Of a DNA stretch of 32,000 nt, positions 11,614 through 23,703 are shown piece after piece. Numbering within the stretch: position 1 is the first letter of the stretch; each line of letters opens with the position of its first letter. This stretch comes from Wolbachia endosymbiont of Onchocerca ochengi. GTDB taxonomy: Bacteria > Pseudomonadota > Alphaproteobacteria > Rickettsiales > Anaplasmataceae. Made by a program: the position numbers and the translations under genes. Where the stretch lies: the NCBI RefSeq assembly GCF_000306885.1, contig NC_018267.1, positions 870,001-902,000 of the forward strand, in the 5' to 3' direction. The notes under the pieces are model-generated. The model searched no databases and was not told where the DNA came from. It was given only the letters and a program-made list of their open reading frames with translations.

Positions 11614-12299
11614 TCCTTAATTGATCATTAAATATACTTAATATCACCTAGTATATACTGTACGAACAGTATAGCTTAAAGTCAATTTCTATCTATCATC
11701 TAACAATGGGAGAGAACAGATATAAATAAGCTTAACTACCTGGACGCAAGCTTTACCGTTATATAACTTCTTAAAAATATTTCCTTTCTTTCTGGAGAAA
11801 GTATAATGAGGTGAGTATTGCAACACATACTCTAAACAAAGTTTCTAATACCATAATCTACAAGGAGGCTTTATAATAAGAAATTCTTCTGCTGCCATTA
11901 TCAACAAAAATACAGGAGAAAAACGTTATGTTTTTCCTGATCATAAGAGGTTTTTAACGCAGTTAATAAATAGAATAATCACAAGATAGAGAATAAAATA
12001 TAACTACCTTTAGTAGCACAACTCAAGCGAACCTAGATCTATACATAAACATATTCACTTTTGGACACTTAAAAAGTATAAGAGACTTACTTGATGCTTA
12101 AAACTGGGATATATAGTTAGTGGATTTTCAATTTAGCTCTTTTGACCTGTTCAGGTAGTTAATGTGAAGGGTTAAGATAATAAATAAAGTTATTAACAAA
12201 ACAATAAAAATGCCTAATATATTTATAAACATATACATTTCTACTTAAAGCTTGTTGTATAAAGGATAAGATTTATACTGATAGTCTTTAAACAGTAGA

Positions 12300-13010
12300 T
12301 GAAAGCATTCAATTTGATTAAAAAACCTGAAGCTGCAGAAAAAGAGAGTGAGGTAATGAATGAAGATGAAGAAATTTACTCTACAGTAAGATAGATTTAC
12401 TGAAAAGATTATTCTAGCATCGGAGTAGATAATAAAGAAGCAGGTAATGAAAATTGATTAGTTTAGTGCGATCATTATAAAATTTACAAAGATGGTAATA
12501 AAAATTAAATGAACAATTAGAGAATGTAAGTCAGGAATTAGAACTTGAACGTTTATAAAACATTTCCTTTAAAAGAAGAAAATAAAGAATTTTAATCTAG
12601 TAATTAAAAATTTTAAAAAAAAGTTGAAAAAGTAAAAAATACACAATAATAGAAAAATAGATTCTATCAAGAAAATATGAAATTAGTAGCTCAAAGCAAA
12701 GAGGTTTAAAAAGCATAAACTTAATTTATCTCATGAAACAGGAGCTTACAAATAGAACTAAATCATGAAAAAAGTAAGGTCAAAAAGCAAAAAGGTATCA
12801 TATCTAAAAAGGATAATCAGATAAAAAAAATTGAAAAAAGAAAGAGAAAGAATTACGAGAAATAAGCAAAGAGTTCACTGAGCAAAATGGAATCGATCAA
12901 AACAGCTACAAAAAGCCTAGCTTTTTTATGAGCTGAGCTAGCAATACTGTAAATGTTAATTTATTAAATTCTCAAAGAGTAGTTAGATCAATCTCTTAGC
13001 ATAGAATAAC
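12300..13010 (+). pseudogene. Decayed coiled-coil-type gene, family unknown
   Basis: Interrupted frames read KPEAAEKESEVMNEDEEIYSTV..., EKSKVKKQKGIISKKDNQIKKIEKRKRK..., then ELREISKEFTEQNGIDQNSYKKPSFFMS*ASNTVNVNLLNSQRVVRSIS*. Confidence 0.35.
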
Positions 13011-14263
13011 AACTCTTCTTTTGTTAAAGTGTAGGAGCTATTTTCCCAATGTTGTCTTAGTAACTCTAAGTTTTTACCTAAACTTTTTCCTGGTTGTTGA
13101 CCTATGTTTACCAAATCATTACCAGACAAAGGAAATTCTGGAATATCAAACGCTTTGGCAAACTCAATATATTTGTCAATATTCTTTCCAGACTCAACAC
13201 CATAAATTTTCACTAAATCGCAATATAATTCTTTACCAAAGAAAGATATGTATTTTTTTTGCTTCCTTTCCGAAAGCTCTATTTTGATATTGTTGGATAA
13301 TAAAAATAATAGCTTTTTCTTTTGCTTGTTCGAAAAACGTAAAAACTTGCTTACATATTCTCCAAGATGCACCTGATCATTCTTTTCAGTAGTTCTAAGA
13401 AGTAATGCTAATTTTGTTAGCGCGTCAATTGGTTTGATATCATCCAAGTAGCTAACATTGGGACCTAGGAAAGATGTATGAATTACAGTATCACATGCTG
13501 AAATAACAGATGGCTCTGCAAGAAGTTTAGTATTAATAAGAAGTGGCGAAGATAGAATTTCACATTTTACTTCTTTCGGAATAATTTTTTGTAAAACATC
13601 AGATTTCTGCATACTCTTAAGAGTCATAACCGGATTGTCGCACTCCAGCAACTTAAACATTTCTTCTCTTATTCTCTCTCCAGAAAGGTTTTGAATCATG
13701 TGTGAATGCCTTTTGCATACATCCAATATTTCATCACTCAAGTCTCCAACGCATATTTTAGCGTGAAAACGAAACACCCTTAAAATACGCAGATAATCTT
13801 CCTTAACCCTGCCTTCAGCATCACCTACAAAATTTAACCTTCGTGCTTTTAAGTCCTGAATACCACCAAAGTAATCATATATATGACCGTACTTATCTGC
13901 ATATAGAGCGTTAAATGTAAAGTCACGCCTTGAAGCATCAGCCTTCCAATCGTTGGTAAATTCCACTTTTGCATGTCTACCATCACATTTAATATCACAT
14001 CTTAGTGTTGTAGTCTCAAAGGATCTTCTGTTTAAAATTGCAGTAACAGTTCCGTGTTTCAAGCCGGTTGGAATAGCTTTTATGTTACGTAGTTTTAGTG
14101 CTTCAATCACTTGACCAGGAAATAGATTAGTGGCTAAGTCAATATCATGAACATTGCGCTGTAGAATTGAATCTCTCACACACCCACCAACAAGCCTTAT
14201 TTCACCACCAAACTCTTCTACGGCATTAATAATTAGACTGGTTTCATAGTCAACAACTTGCAT
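12983..14263 (-). CDS. cca: CCA tRNA nucleotidyltransferase / poly(A) polymerase family
   Basis: 426 aa; IRLVGGCVRDSILQRNVHDIDLATN, RRDFTFNALYAD, EDYLRILRVFRF motifs. Confidence 0.93.
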   Translation of the reverse strand: MQVVDYETSLIINAVEEFGGEIRLVGGCVRDSILQRNVHDIDLATNLFPGQVIEALKLRNIKAIPTGLKHGTVTAILNRRSFETTTLRCDIKCDGRHAKVEFTNDWKADASRRDFTFNALYADKYGHIYDYFGGIQDLKARRLNFVGDAEGRVKEDYLRILRVFRFHAKICVGDLSDEILDVCKRHSHMIQNLSGERIREEMFKLLECDNPVMTLKSMQKSDVLQKIIPKEVKCEILSSPLLINTKLLAEPSVISACDTVIHTSFLGPNVSYLDDIKPIDALTKLALLLRTTEKNDQVHLGEYVSKFLRFSNKQKKKLLFLLSNNIKIELSERKQKKYISFFGKELYCDLVKIYGVESGKNIDKYIEFAKAFDIPEFPLSGNDLVNIGQQPGKSLGKNLELLRQHWENSSYTLTKEELLFYAKRLI

Positions 14264-15303
14264 TTAGATTAGCAATAATATTGCAGCTCATACTATATAA
14301 AATATCTGTAAAAAGTCATACATAAAAATACATAGGACTATGAAGATTTATCTTACAAAGTATTTGTGCTGTTGATGAAACGTCACTTTTAATTCTTCTA
14401 TACTGCTATTACATGACGGGCCTAAAAAAGTTTTGTTCTTTGGAACGTTTTATAACCTACCTATTATATTCATTAACATTTTTTGCTAATATTTTCTCAG
14501 ATACCTTTTCGACTTCTCCTTTCCATTATACATTAAAACGTTATAACATTATTAAGATCCTCACTTAACTGAAGTTTTTTTTACTAGTGAAAGTCTTCTT
14601 GCCTTCGTTTTATTCAACTTCCATTTTTATCAATCAATGGTTCGAAATGAGCACTACCTTTATTTGTTATATATAAAACATCACTGTCGTTATAATTAGC
14701 CCTACTTATATTTATCTATATTTTTTGAACCCTGTATCATCTATCAATTGATGCAAAAACAGGTTCTATTTATTTGGATTTTCTACAATATGTAATTTTC
14801 ACACAACTTTTTTTATAAAGTATTCTACTTTTAACATTAAGGCACTCTAGAATTCATCTTCTCCAGTAGTATTGATACATTAATCATACATAATTTCACG
14901 ATTCTTATAAATTTACTCGTTGACCTCATCAAAATCATTGCCGATTGCACTTGTAAACTACTTTAGCAGGATTGTTTTATACAAACCTCCTACAACTATC
15001 TCTCTTAATTACTTAAACCCTGTTTAAATTAGTAAAAAAAACAGCTTTCATTGATAATCACCTTCCCAGTATGGAATTTACCAAGACAAAAGCTAATCAC
15101 TTAAAGAATACCATTCACTGTTTTAAGCTCCTCAGCCTTTTTAAATTTTTAACACCATATAGCTGCTTGACAATCTCCACTTATCAGTTATAGTCACAGT
15201 TTTTCCTCTATAATATTAATTGTTTCTATCTAAATAAGAACTTAATAATTAAGTATAGCAAAAATTTTTAAATTGTACAACAATTATAATTTTTACAGCA
15301 AAT

Positions 15304-16398
15304 ATGAGCTTTAACTGTGGCATAGTAGGATTACCAAACATAGGAAAATCAACTTTATTTAATGCACTTACACAATCAAGCATAGCTGAAGCTGCAAATT
15401 ATTCTTTCTGTACAATCGAACCTAATATTGGCAAAGTGACAGTAAAAGATCAACGTTTGAAGCAAATTGCAGCGATAGTTAATTCAGAGAAGATAATCTA
15501 CAATCAGTTAAAAGTCGTAGATATCGCAGGCTTAGTAAGAGGTGCAAGTAAAGGCAAAGGACTCGGTAATAAGTTTTTAAGTCACATCAGAGAAGTTGAT
15601 ACCATCATTCATCTACTTAGGTGTTTTATGGATGACAATATCAGCCACGTGCACAATAAAATAGATCCAATATCAGACGCTGAAGTAGTGGAGATGGAAT
15701 TAATTCTAGCCGATATTGATAGCATAGAAAAGAGACTACCTCAACTAGAAAGAAAAGCAAAGCAAGGTGATAAAGAGCAGAAGAAACAACTTGATTTAAT
15801 GCAGGAGGTTTTAGCTAGCTTGAAATTTGGTAAACCTGCAAGAAGTTTAAGAAACATAGATGAAGATGAAATGAAATTGCTTCAATTGCTGACAACGAAG
15901 CCAGTTATATATGTCTGTAATGTTGAAGACTCAAGTATCATAACTGGTAATGAACTATCTAAAAAGGTAGAAAAAATAGCAGAAGAGAGCAAGAGCAAAT
16001 TCTACTGTATTTCAGCAAAACTTGAAGCAGATATTGCAAATCTCGAAGACGAAAAAGAAAAACAGAGTTTTTTATCAGAGTTTGGTTTACAAGAGTCAGG
16101 ACTCAATGGAATAGCTCGTATTATATATGAAGTGTTGAATATGATAACTTTTTTTACTGTGGGGCCAAAAGAAGCACACGCTTGGCCGATAAAAATAGGA
16201 TCGACAGCTGATAAAGCAGCAGGTGTAATTCACTCTGATTTTGAGAAAGGTTTCATAAAAGCAGAAACTATAAGCTTTGCAGACCATATAAAATATGGAA
16301 GCGAATCAGCTTGCAAAAATGCAGGCAAAATCCGCTTCGAAGGTAGAGATTACATTGTACAAGATGGTGATATAATACACTTTAGGTTCAAGGCTTAA
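15304..16398 (+). CDS. ychF: Redox-regulated ATPase / GTP-binding protein YchF
   Basis: 364 aa; GLPNIGKSTLFNALT, VVDIAGLVRGASKGKGLGNKFLSHIREVD, C-terminal TGS-like VQDGDIIHFRF. Confidence 0.97.
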   Translation: MSFNCGIVGLPNIGKSTLFNALTQSSIAEAANYSFCTIEPNIGKVTVKDQRLKQIAAIVNSEKIIYNQLKVVDIAGLVRGASKGKGLGNKFLSHIREVDTIIHLLRCFMDDNISHVHNKIDPISDAEVVEMELILADIDSIEKRLPQLERKAKQGDKEQKKQLDLMQEVLASLKFGKPARSLRNIDEDEMKLLQLLTTKPVIYVCNVEDSSIITGNELSKKVEKIAEESKSKFYCISAKLEADIANLEDEKEKQSFLSEFGLQESGLNGIARIIYEVLNMITFFTVGPKEAHAWPIKIGSTADKAAGVIHSDFEKGFIKAETISFADHIKYGSESACKNAGKIRFEGRDYIVQDGDIIHFRFKA

Positions 16399-16529
16399 CA
16401 TACCCGATACTAGCAACAGTTCTTTTTGAGGAAAAAACTCTACCTCCTACAGCTATTCTCTAGTCAATAGTAGAGCTAGGCATACCAAAGCCAAACATAA
16501 CTATAACTATATTCTTACATATATGGCAC

Positions 16530-16733
16530 TTACTTTAGACATTCTCCTAAAACTCCATGCGAAGCTTCACTCTTTATAAGTATAGCTTCGTTTTGTTTAG
16601 TTAATTCTAAAATACCCTTTGGTCCAACATCTTTACTAACAATAGCTGATTTCTTATCATCAACTTGATTAGAATTTATATTTAAAACAACAGTATAGTT
16701 TAGTTTTTTTCTAGACTCATCTTGTACACTCAA
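16530..16733 (-). CDS. Hypothetical small protein
   Basis: 67 aa ORF, no recognised motif; may be spurious or a relic. Confidence 0.2.
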   Translation of the reverse strand: MSVQDESRKKLNYTVVLNINSNQVDDKKSAIVSKDVGPKGILELTKQNEAILIKSEASHGVLGECLK

Positions 16734-17302
16734 CCAACCTCAATGTTACACATTGCAAACTTTTCAAAGTAGTAGCTTTTCTATTACTTATCATTTTTCT
16801 GAATTGCTACTATTTTTACCATTACTGTGTATGTGTATATTTTTTATTTTACTTTTCTCTTCTTCTATTCTTTTATTTTTTTACTAAAATACCTACTAAT
16901 TTCTAAAATTAGCTTGAAACTAATAAAGTTAATATTAAGATTTCATGAATATTGTGAACTTGATCTTGTACATTGTTTGAAGCCCATTAAAGAAAGCAAC
17001 TAGTATCACTATACGGAATCTCTCATTTAGAAACTCTCTTGTATCAAGTTCCTCTGTGCTAATCACATACCTAAAAATACATTCATTCTTACTACGAATT
17101 GCCCTTTTTATAATACCTAATACTATTTGTACTCCAGAATCATTGTCAAATTTATACTCGTTTAAAAAATTCTTTGCATAACTAACTTTTCTTGAGAAAG
17201 ATCCTTCAATAACTATAACATCACACTACTATTAAACTATGAAATAATGAGCAATATATCTAGTATCAGTGTCTGTAAAAGCTAAAGTTTAGGCGTGTAA
17301 CA

Positions 17303-18235
17303 TTACCGGCACAAATTCTCTATCGTTTGCAACTTTATCAGCATATTAGGTAGAATTATTAAAGAATTAATTAAACAAGTATTATGACTAAATTTAACTC
17401 CATCTACAAGTTCTCCATTTGTTACTCCAGTTACAATAAACACTGATTTATCTCTTACCATATCTTTTATGGTGTAGATTTTTTCTAGGTCCTCAATATT
17501 TAAACTTCTTGCTTTCTCCTTTAACTGGTACGTATCAAATATTAATCTCCCCTCTATCTGTCCGCCGATTGAACTGAGTGCTGCAGCTGTTAACACTCCT
17601 TCTGGTGCTCCTCCTATTCCGATATACATATCATGATTGCCATTTATTAGTGAAACTACAGCAGTAATATCACCATCATCTATCAGTTTAACTTTCGCTC
17701 CTAACTTTCTAATTTTTGCTATTAATTCATTATGCCTTTCACGTTCAAGCACAGTTACTACAAGATTACTTATTTTACACCCTTTTGCCTTAGCTAGATT
17801 ACCCAAATTTTCTTCAACACTATTTCTTAATGAAACTACACCTTCCGGGAGACCCCTTCCTACTGCTATTTTTTCCATATAAACATCAGGCGCATGCAAA
17901 AAATTACCCTTTTTTGTTGCAGCAAGAACAGACATTGCTCCTTGTTTATAATGAGCACAAATTGTAGTACCTTCGAGTGGATCAACGGCAATATCAATCT
18001 CAGGACCATTCCCTATACCAACCCTCTCTCCAATATATAGCATTGGCGCTTTATCTCTCTCACCTTCGCCAATTACAATCGTACCATTTACTTCCATAGA
18101 ATTCAGTACTGCTCGCATTGCATCAACTGCAACTTGATCAGCCTTCTTTTCATTACCTAAACCTACAAATTTATATGCAGCAAGTGCTGCAGCTTCAGTT
18201 ACTTTGATTAATTTGTACGCTAAATCTTCCATCAT
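17303..18235 (-). CDS. glpX: Fructose-1,6-bisphosphatase class II
   Basis: 310 aa; NGTIVIGEGERDKAPMLYIGE, DIAVDPLEGTT, GGAPEGVLTAAAL, VTGVTNGELVDGVKF. Confidence 0.96.
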   Translation of the reverse strand: MMEDLAYKLIKVTEAAALAAYKFVGLGNEKKADQVAVDAMRAVLNSMEVNGTIVIGEGERDKAPMLYIGERVGIGNGPEIDIAVDPLEGTTICAHYKQGAMSVLAATKKGNFLHAPDVYMEKIAVGRGLPEGVVSLRNSVEENLGNLAKAKGCKISNLVVTVLERERHNELIAKIRKLGAKVKLIDDGDITAVVSLINGNHDMYIGIGGAPEGVLTAAALSSIGGQIEGRLIFDTYQLKEKARSLNIEDLEKIYTIKDMVRDKSVFIVTGVTNGELVDGVKFSHNTCLINSLIILPNMLIKLQTIENLCR

Positions 18236-18731
18236 TTATTTAAGAATAACAAGTATTTAATATATATTACACCATCCAAAATTGCAAGATTCTCTAACTA
18301 ATTGTAAAAAGTCAATATAAATAAGCATAGCAATATTTGATAAGATCTGAAATAACTAATAGTTTAACTTATGAAAAAATAAAGGAAATTACAACTTAAA
18401 GCTCCGAGATAACTGCTTAGGAGTTTTGTAAAAACTAACATAAGAGAAAAAGATGGATGAAGAAATTGCTAATTCATTTGAGGATACTATACTAAAAAAA
18501 CTGTTTCTAATGTTCTATCCTTTCAAAGGGACCAGTAATACCATTGACTGCAGTACATTTCTGAAAACTAATTGGAATAGCTTATGAAATTAAGTATCAA
18601 AATCAATTAAGTTACACTGTAACAATAAAGAAGCTGATGCTTTAAAGGGTACTTTTAGATAGCAACAAATTCTAATAGAAATAAAAAAGAAACACTTAAC
18701 GCTTCAAATAATACTATTTATAAAGACAACA

Positions 18732-19440
18732 TTCAGGAAGTTAAAATGCTTTTAGATTATATAGGTCACAAAGGAAAATTAGAGATATTAAGCAAGATCA
18801 TTGAAGATAAACAATTAGATATAAGATTCTTTAAAATAACAAGCTGAAGTTATAAATAACCTCTTGGATAGAGGAAAATCAACGTTCTAAGTAATAACAT
18901 TGTAGTAGTAATGATTCAATAGTTATTAAACTACTTTTGGAATATATAGATAGATGATACACACAAATTAAAAGCTGATATAAGAAATCTTTCAGAAATA
19001 ACTAAAAAAAGCAAATTACTATTTAAGGAAGTTCTTAGAACAAGCTCTTTAAGTTAAAGTAGATTTCCACAACTTAACCTAATTATTCTATATACTTCTC
19101 AACCTATATAGTAATTGCACTGCTTAGATCAATAATAAATAAAAAAGATAAGTAAAGCACATCTGATACAAAAGAAAATAACGAGGAGCAGAATCCAACA
19201 GGAGTTATAAAATTGTAAGTATTAGTTAGTTGCCGTGCTAGATAACGATTTACGAGATTTCATCTAAATATAGCTAGAACGATAAACTTAATCAGCTTCG
19301 AAAGCCGATAATAGGAAAAAATTAGCTTTCAGAGCAAACATAAGTAAAGTACTGAGCTGGAAAGCGCATTATTAGAGTACAGACACAATCAAAGATGAAA
19401 AATTAGATGCTATAAAGCTTCTCTTAAAGAGGAATAACCA
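18732..19440 (+). pseudogene. Decayed ankyrin-repeat-like gene
   Basis: Separated plus-strand fragments with ankyrin helix-2-like pattern: QEVKMLLDYIGHKGKLE (about 18736), AEVINNLLDRGKS (about 18846), KDEKLDAIKLLLKRNN (about 19393), with stops and frame changes between. Confidence 0.35.
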
Positions 19441-20178
19441 TTATTAATGCAATAATCGATCAAGAGAAAATATTATATACATTATCAAAACTGAGGAGAG
19501 CAAATCTATATTAGGCTCTGTTATTTCTTATACTGATAATAGTAATATTGATATTCTAAGTTATGCTACTGCAAAATATTAATGCACATCAATCAAAGTT
19601 AAACCCCAGAAAAGAATTATATAGATTATATTAACAATTAGAAGTAATTCTATAGCAATAACAACAATTCTATAATACAGAATGATCAAAAGAAAATTGC
19701 ATTATGCAAATCAATACAGGAAACAAGAAATTAATCAAGTTATTACTGTGCCAAGCATAAAAAAAATGAAACAAGATCTAACAATGATAAAGAAAATGTT
19801 AGTAATAAACCAATGCCTTCTACACTAACAAAAAAAACAGATATAGCTTTTAACCGCCATATTAAGTAGCAATAAAGCTGATAGCTTATAGAAACTCAAT
19901 CCTCTTTACCAAATACATAAGAAACTAAGTACAAAAAAGCAAAGAGAGTTTTTACATCTCATTAGCAAAGGATACTATTGAAGTTGTTACATTACAGTAT
20001 TATTCATTGCTACTGTAATAATTCTATTAGATTACATGCAAAAAATCACACATTGCCAAGTTATAGAGAAATGAGAGAAAAATAAGATCGAGCATACAAA
20101 TTTAGAAAACCATATAAACTTTGCGATTTGAAAGATTAGAAATAAGTGTCATTTCAGCACGTGATACTGAAATTTAAT

Positions 20179-22860
20179 TTACCTAATACATTTGGATTTA
20201 ACACTAAACTGCGCTGCCACCAATTTTGCGATTGGTACTCTATAAGGTGAACATGAAACGTAATCCACACCTGATTTGATGAAAAATTCTATAGATTGTG
20301 GATCTGCACCGTGCTCTCCACATACACCAAGTTTTATCTTTTTTCGCATTTTTTTGCTCTTCTCGGCAGCTATTTTGATTAACTCGCCTACCCCTTCAAT
20401 ATCTAGTACTTCAAATGGATCGTTTCCAAATATATTATTTTTCCTGTAAGAATCAAGAAAGTTTACTGAATCATCTCTTGAAAGTCCCATGGTTGTTTGT
20501 GTTAAATCATTAGTGCCAAAACTAAGAAATTCCGCGTGTTGTGCTAATTTATCAGCAATCAGTGCTGCTCGTGGCAGCTCTATCATCGTTCCAATTGAAT
20601 AAGCCTTACCTGGTGCCATTTCAGTGTATGACATCGGAATCTGTGCTTGGATTTCATCCAAGATGACAGAAGATTCTTTTTTTATCAACTCGCATATCAG
20701 AATCAACTCTCTCTCATCCATGACAAAAGGGATCATAATTTCAGGCATAACTTCTACCTTTTTCTCTTCTTTTAACTCATTTGCAGCATTGAGTATCGCC
20801 CTAATTTGCATGCTATATATTTCAGGATAAGAAATGGCGAGCCTACAACCTCTGTGGCCAAGCATTGGATTTTTTTCTGATAACTGTGCTATTTTATTTT
20901 TTACTAACTCAACGGGCTTATTCAGTGACTTAGCAATCCCTTCTATAATAGAGTGATCATTAGGCAAAAACTCATGCAGAGGTGGATCAAGCAAACGTAT
21001 AGTAATCTCTCTACCCTCCATAATAGAAAATATTTCTTTAAAATCAGATTTTTGCATTTCTTCTAATTTACTTAATGCACTTGCTCTTTCATTTTTATCG
21101 TCAGCTATTATTAACTTTTGAATAAACTCAATTCTATCATGAACAAAAAACATATGTTCTGTGCGACACAAACCTATACCTTCTGCGCCAAATTCTTTAG
21201 CAATCCTTGCATCTTTTGGGGTATCAGCATTTGCTCTTATTTTAATCGTTTTGATTCCATCTACCCAGTTAATTATTGTTTTAAATTCCTGTGATAATCT
21301 AGGTAAAATTGTAGGAAGAATGCCAAGCATTACCTCACCTGTCCCTCCATTGATGGTAATTGGTTCACCTTTTTTTACTTTTATATTCCCTACAGAAAAG
21401 AAATTCCCTCCTTTATCTAGATAAAGTCCGTTTACACTACAAATGCACGGCTTACCCATTCCTCTTGTAACAACAGCGGCATGTGAAGTCATTCCTCCTC
21501 GTGCTGTTATTATACCGCTTGCAGCATTCATTCCATTAATATCTTCAGAACTCGTCTCTGGCCTCACCAAAACTACTTTTTTACCCTGCTCTACAGCTTT
21601 CTCTGCATCATTTGCACTAAATACCACATACCCAGAAGCAACACCAGGAGAAGCCGGCAGTCCTTTTCCTATTATTTTTTGATCACTTTTAATATCAAGA
21701 ACCGGATGCAATAAACTACCAAAAATCTTTGGATTAATTCTCAATATCCCTTCTCCTTTTGTAATCACTCCTTCGCTTACCATATCAACTATTATACGAA
21801 CGGTAGCCTCAGCCGTGCGTTTACCAGATCTAGTTTGCAAAATCCATAACTTACCATCCTGAACAGTAAATTCAACGTCCTGCATGTCTTTATAGTGTGC
21901 TTCAAGTTTTTCACATACATCGCACAATTCTCGATACACGCTTGGCATCAATTTTTCCATGGTATTTTCTTGCTCCCCATTAATCGACATAGGAGTGTAA
22001 ATACCTGAAACCACATCTTCACCTTGAGCATTGACCAAAAATTCACCAAAAAATTTCTTTACTCCAGTTGAAGGATCACGCGTAAATACCACACCAGTCG
22101 CAGAATTATTATTTAAATTACCAAAAACCATTGCTTGTACATTCACTGCAGTTCCAAAGGCTTCAGGAATATTATTTATCTTTCTATAGGAAACAGCTCT
22201 ATCATTCTGCCAAGAAAAAAATACTGCATTCACCGAGCTGAACAACTGTTCTTCAACACTCTGCGGAAAATGTTTTTCAGTTTTTTCATATACTATTTTC
22301 ATAAAATGAGTAATAATCTTCTTTAAAATACTAATACTAAAGTCAGCTAAATTTTTCACTCCTCTCTTTTGTTTTTCATTATCAATAACACTCTGAAACA
22401 AGTGATAGTCAAGCTTCAGTACAACACTCGAGTACATTATGATGAAACGACAGTAGCTATCATAGGCAAAGCGTTCTCCACTTTTTTTTGCAAGTCCAAC
22501 AACAGTTACATCATTTAGACCAACATTCAAAATTGTATCAAGCATACCCGGCATTGAATTTACGCTACCAGAGCGTATAGAAACTAATAAAGGATTATCC
22601 GAGCCTCCAAATTTACACCCAACGTCACTTTCGAGCATCACCATGTATCTTTTGATTTCATTACACAAATTGTCAGATAGTCCCTGCTTACAGGCAGAGG
22701 TGGAGATTGTGAAACCAGGTGGAACGGGAACACCAATTTTACACATTTCTGCCAAATTTGCACCTTTTCCTCCTAGCAGATTTTTCATTTCTGCATTACC
22801 TTCACACTTAATTTGGCTAAAGTAATATATCAACTTTTCTCTCATTGGTCCTTTACTCAC
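20179..22860 (-). CDS. ppdK: Pyruvate, phosphate dikinase
   Basis: 893 aa; GGKGANLAEM, GMPGMLDTILNVGLND-like, GGMTSHAAVVTRGMGKPC, GLCRTEHMFF, GTNDLTQTTMGLSRDD. Confidence 0.98.
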   Translation of the reverse strand: MSKGPMREKLIYYFSQIKCEGNAEMKNLLGGKGANLAEMCKIGVPVPPGFTISTSACKQGLSDNLCNEIKRYMVMLESDVGCKFGGSDNPLLVSIRSGSVNSMPGMLDTILNVGLNDVTVVGLAKKSGERFAYDSYCRFIIMYSSVVLKLDYHLFQSVIDNEKQKRGVKNLADFSISILKKIITHFMKIVYEKTEKHFPQSVEEQLFSSVNAVFFSWQNDRAVSYRKINNIPEAFGTAVNVQAMVFGNLNNNSATGVVFTRDPSTGVKKFFGEFLVNAQGEDVVSGIYTPMSINGEQENTMEKLMPSVYRELCDVCEKLEAHYKDMQDVEFTVQDGKLWILQTRSGKRTAEATVRIIVDMVSEGVITKGEGILRINPKIFGSLLHPVLDIKSDQKIIGKGLPASPGVASGYVVFSANDAEKAVEQGKKVVLVRPETSSEDINGMNAASGIITARGGMTSHAAVVTRGMGKPCICSVNGLYLDKGGNFFSVGNIKVKKGEPITINGGTGEVMLGILPTILPRLSQEFKTIINWVDGIKTIKIRANADTPKDARIAKEFGAEGIGLCRTEHMFFVHDRIEFIQKLIIADDKNERASALSKLEEMQKSDFKEIFSIMEGREITIRLLDPPLHEFLPNDHSIIEGIAKSLNKPVELVKNKIAQLSEKNPMLGHRGCRLAISYPEIYSMQIRAILNAANELKEEKKVEVMPEIMIPFVMDERELILICELIKKESSVILDEIQAQIPMSYTEMAPGKAYSIGTMIELPRAALIADKLAQHAEFLSFGTNDLTQTTMGLSRDDSVNFLDSYRKNNIFGNDPFEVLDIEGVGELIKIAAEKSKKMRKKIKLGVCGEHGADPQSIEFFIKSGVDYVSCSPYRVPIAKLVAAQFSVKSKCIR

Positions 22861-23703
22861 AAATATACTATATACATGATTTCAATAAGCTCGTCTGGAC
22901 TTGAAATCATAGGGTAATAAATTTTGCAAAACTTAGCAACAGAGTTTCTTGTAATAACGTCAGTAAAGTATAAATAACAAATCATTAAATGATTCTCAAT
23001 GAGAATATATAATTCAATGTCATTTTAAAGACTTTTTACAGATCTTCTGAAGTTTCTTGATGTTTTTAGCTACTTATTTATATTTTGAGATTGATGTTAA
23101 AAAGCGGGGTTACTGTTGATATTTCTTATAAAGCTTTTCTAAGCTCTAGATACAGAAGAACATAGTTAGTTGTTCAATAAGCTAAAGATCTTGAAAGCAT
23201 ACTCAATGTCACGTAGCTAAAATTTACTCAAGTTAAAAGTAGATCAAGGAAACAATAATTATCATAACCTCAAGAAATTCACCTTTATATCTGTTGCTAA
23301 CTGAAGCATTTTTCCAGATAAGGCTAATCACAAATCAAATTATATTTATATTATTCAGAATGAGAACACTAGTGAACACGACTTAAAGAACCTTTATTTC
23401 ATATCTATTGAGCTGCAAAAATTTATAAAAACAAAAGAAGAATAACTGAGGAGTATAATAGAAAAGTGGTATCATTTCTTTAATATACAGCAGAAATTAA
23501 AAGAAAAGAACTTAGATAAATAACAAGAATAACCTAATAATAAAACAAGCTCATGAAGAGGTAAGTAAGTTTATTAATTTGCCGAGAGAAGAGCTACTAG
23601 CATATGAGCAAAGAAAAAACGTTTAATAGATGAAAACAGCAGCTCTTCTTATGGTCAGTATCTCTATAAACGTTACGGCTCAAATTATTGATCCTTTTGT
23701 CAA

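Noticed and set aside
20624-22825. Five plus-strand ORFs within ppdK (20624, 21161, 21443, 22135, 22643)
   Set aside because: All antisense to the intact ppdK coding sequence.
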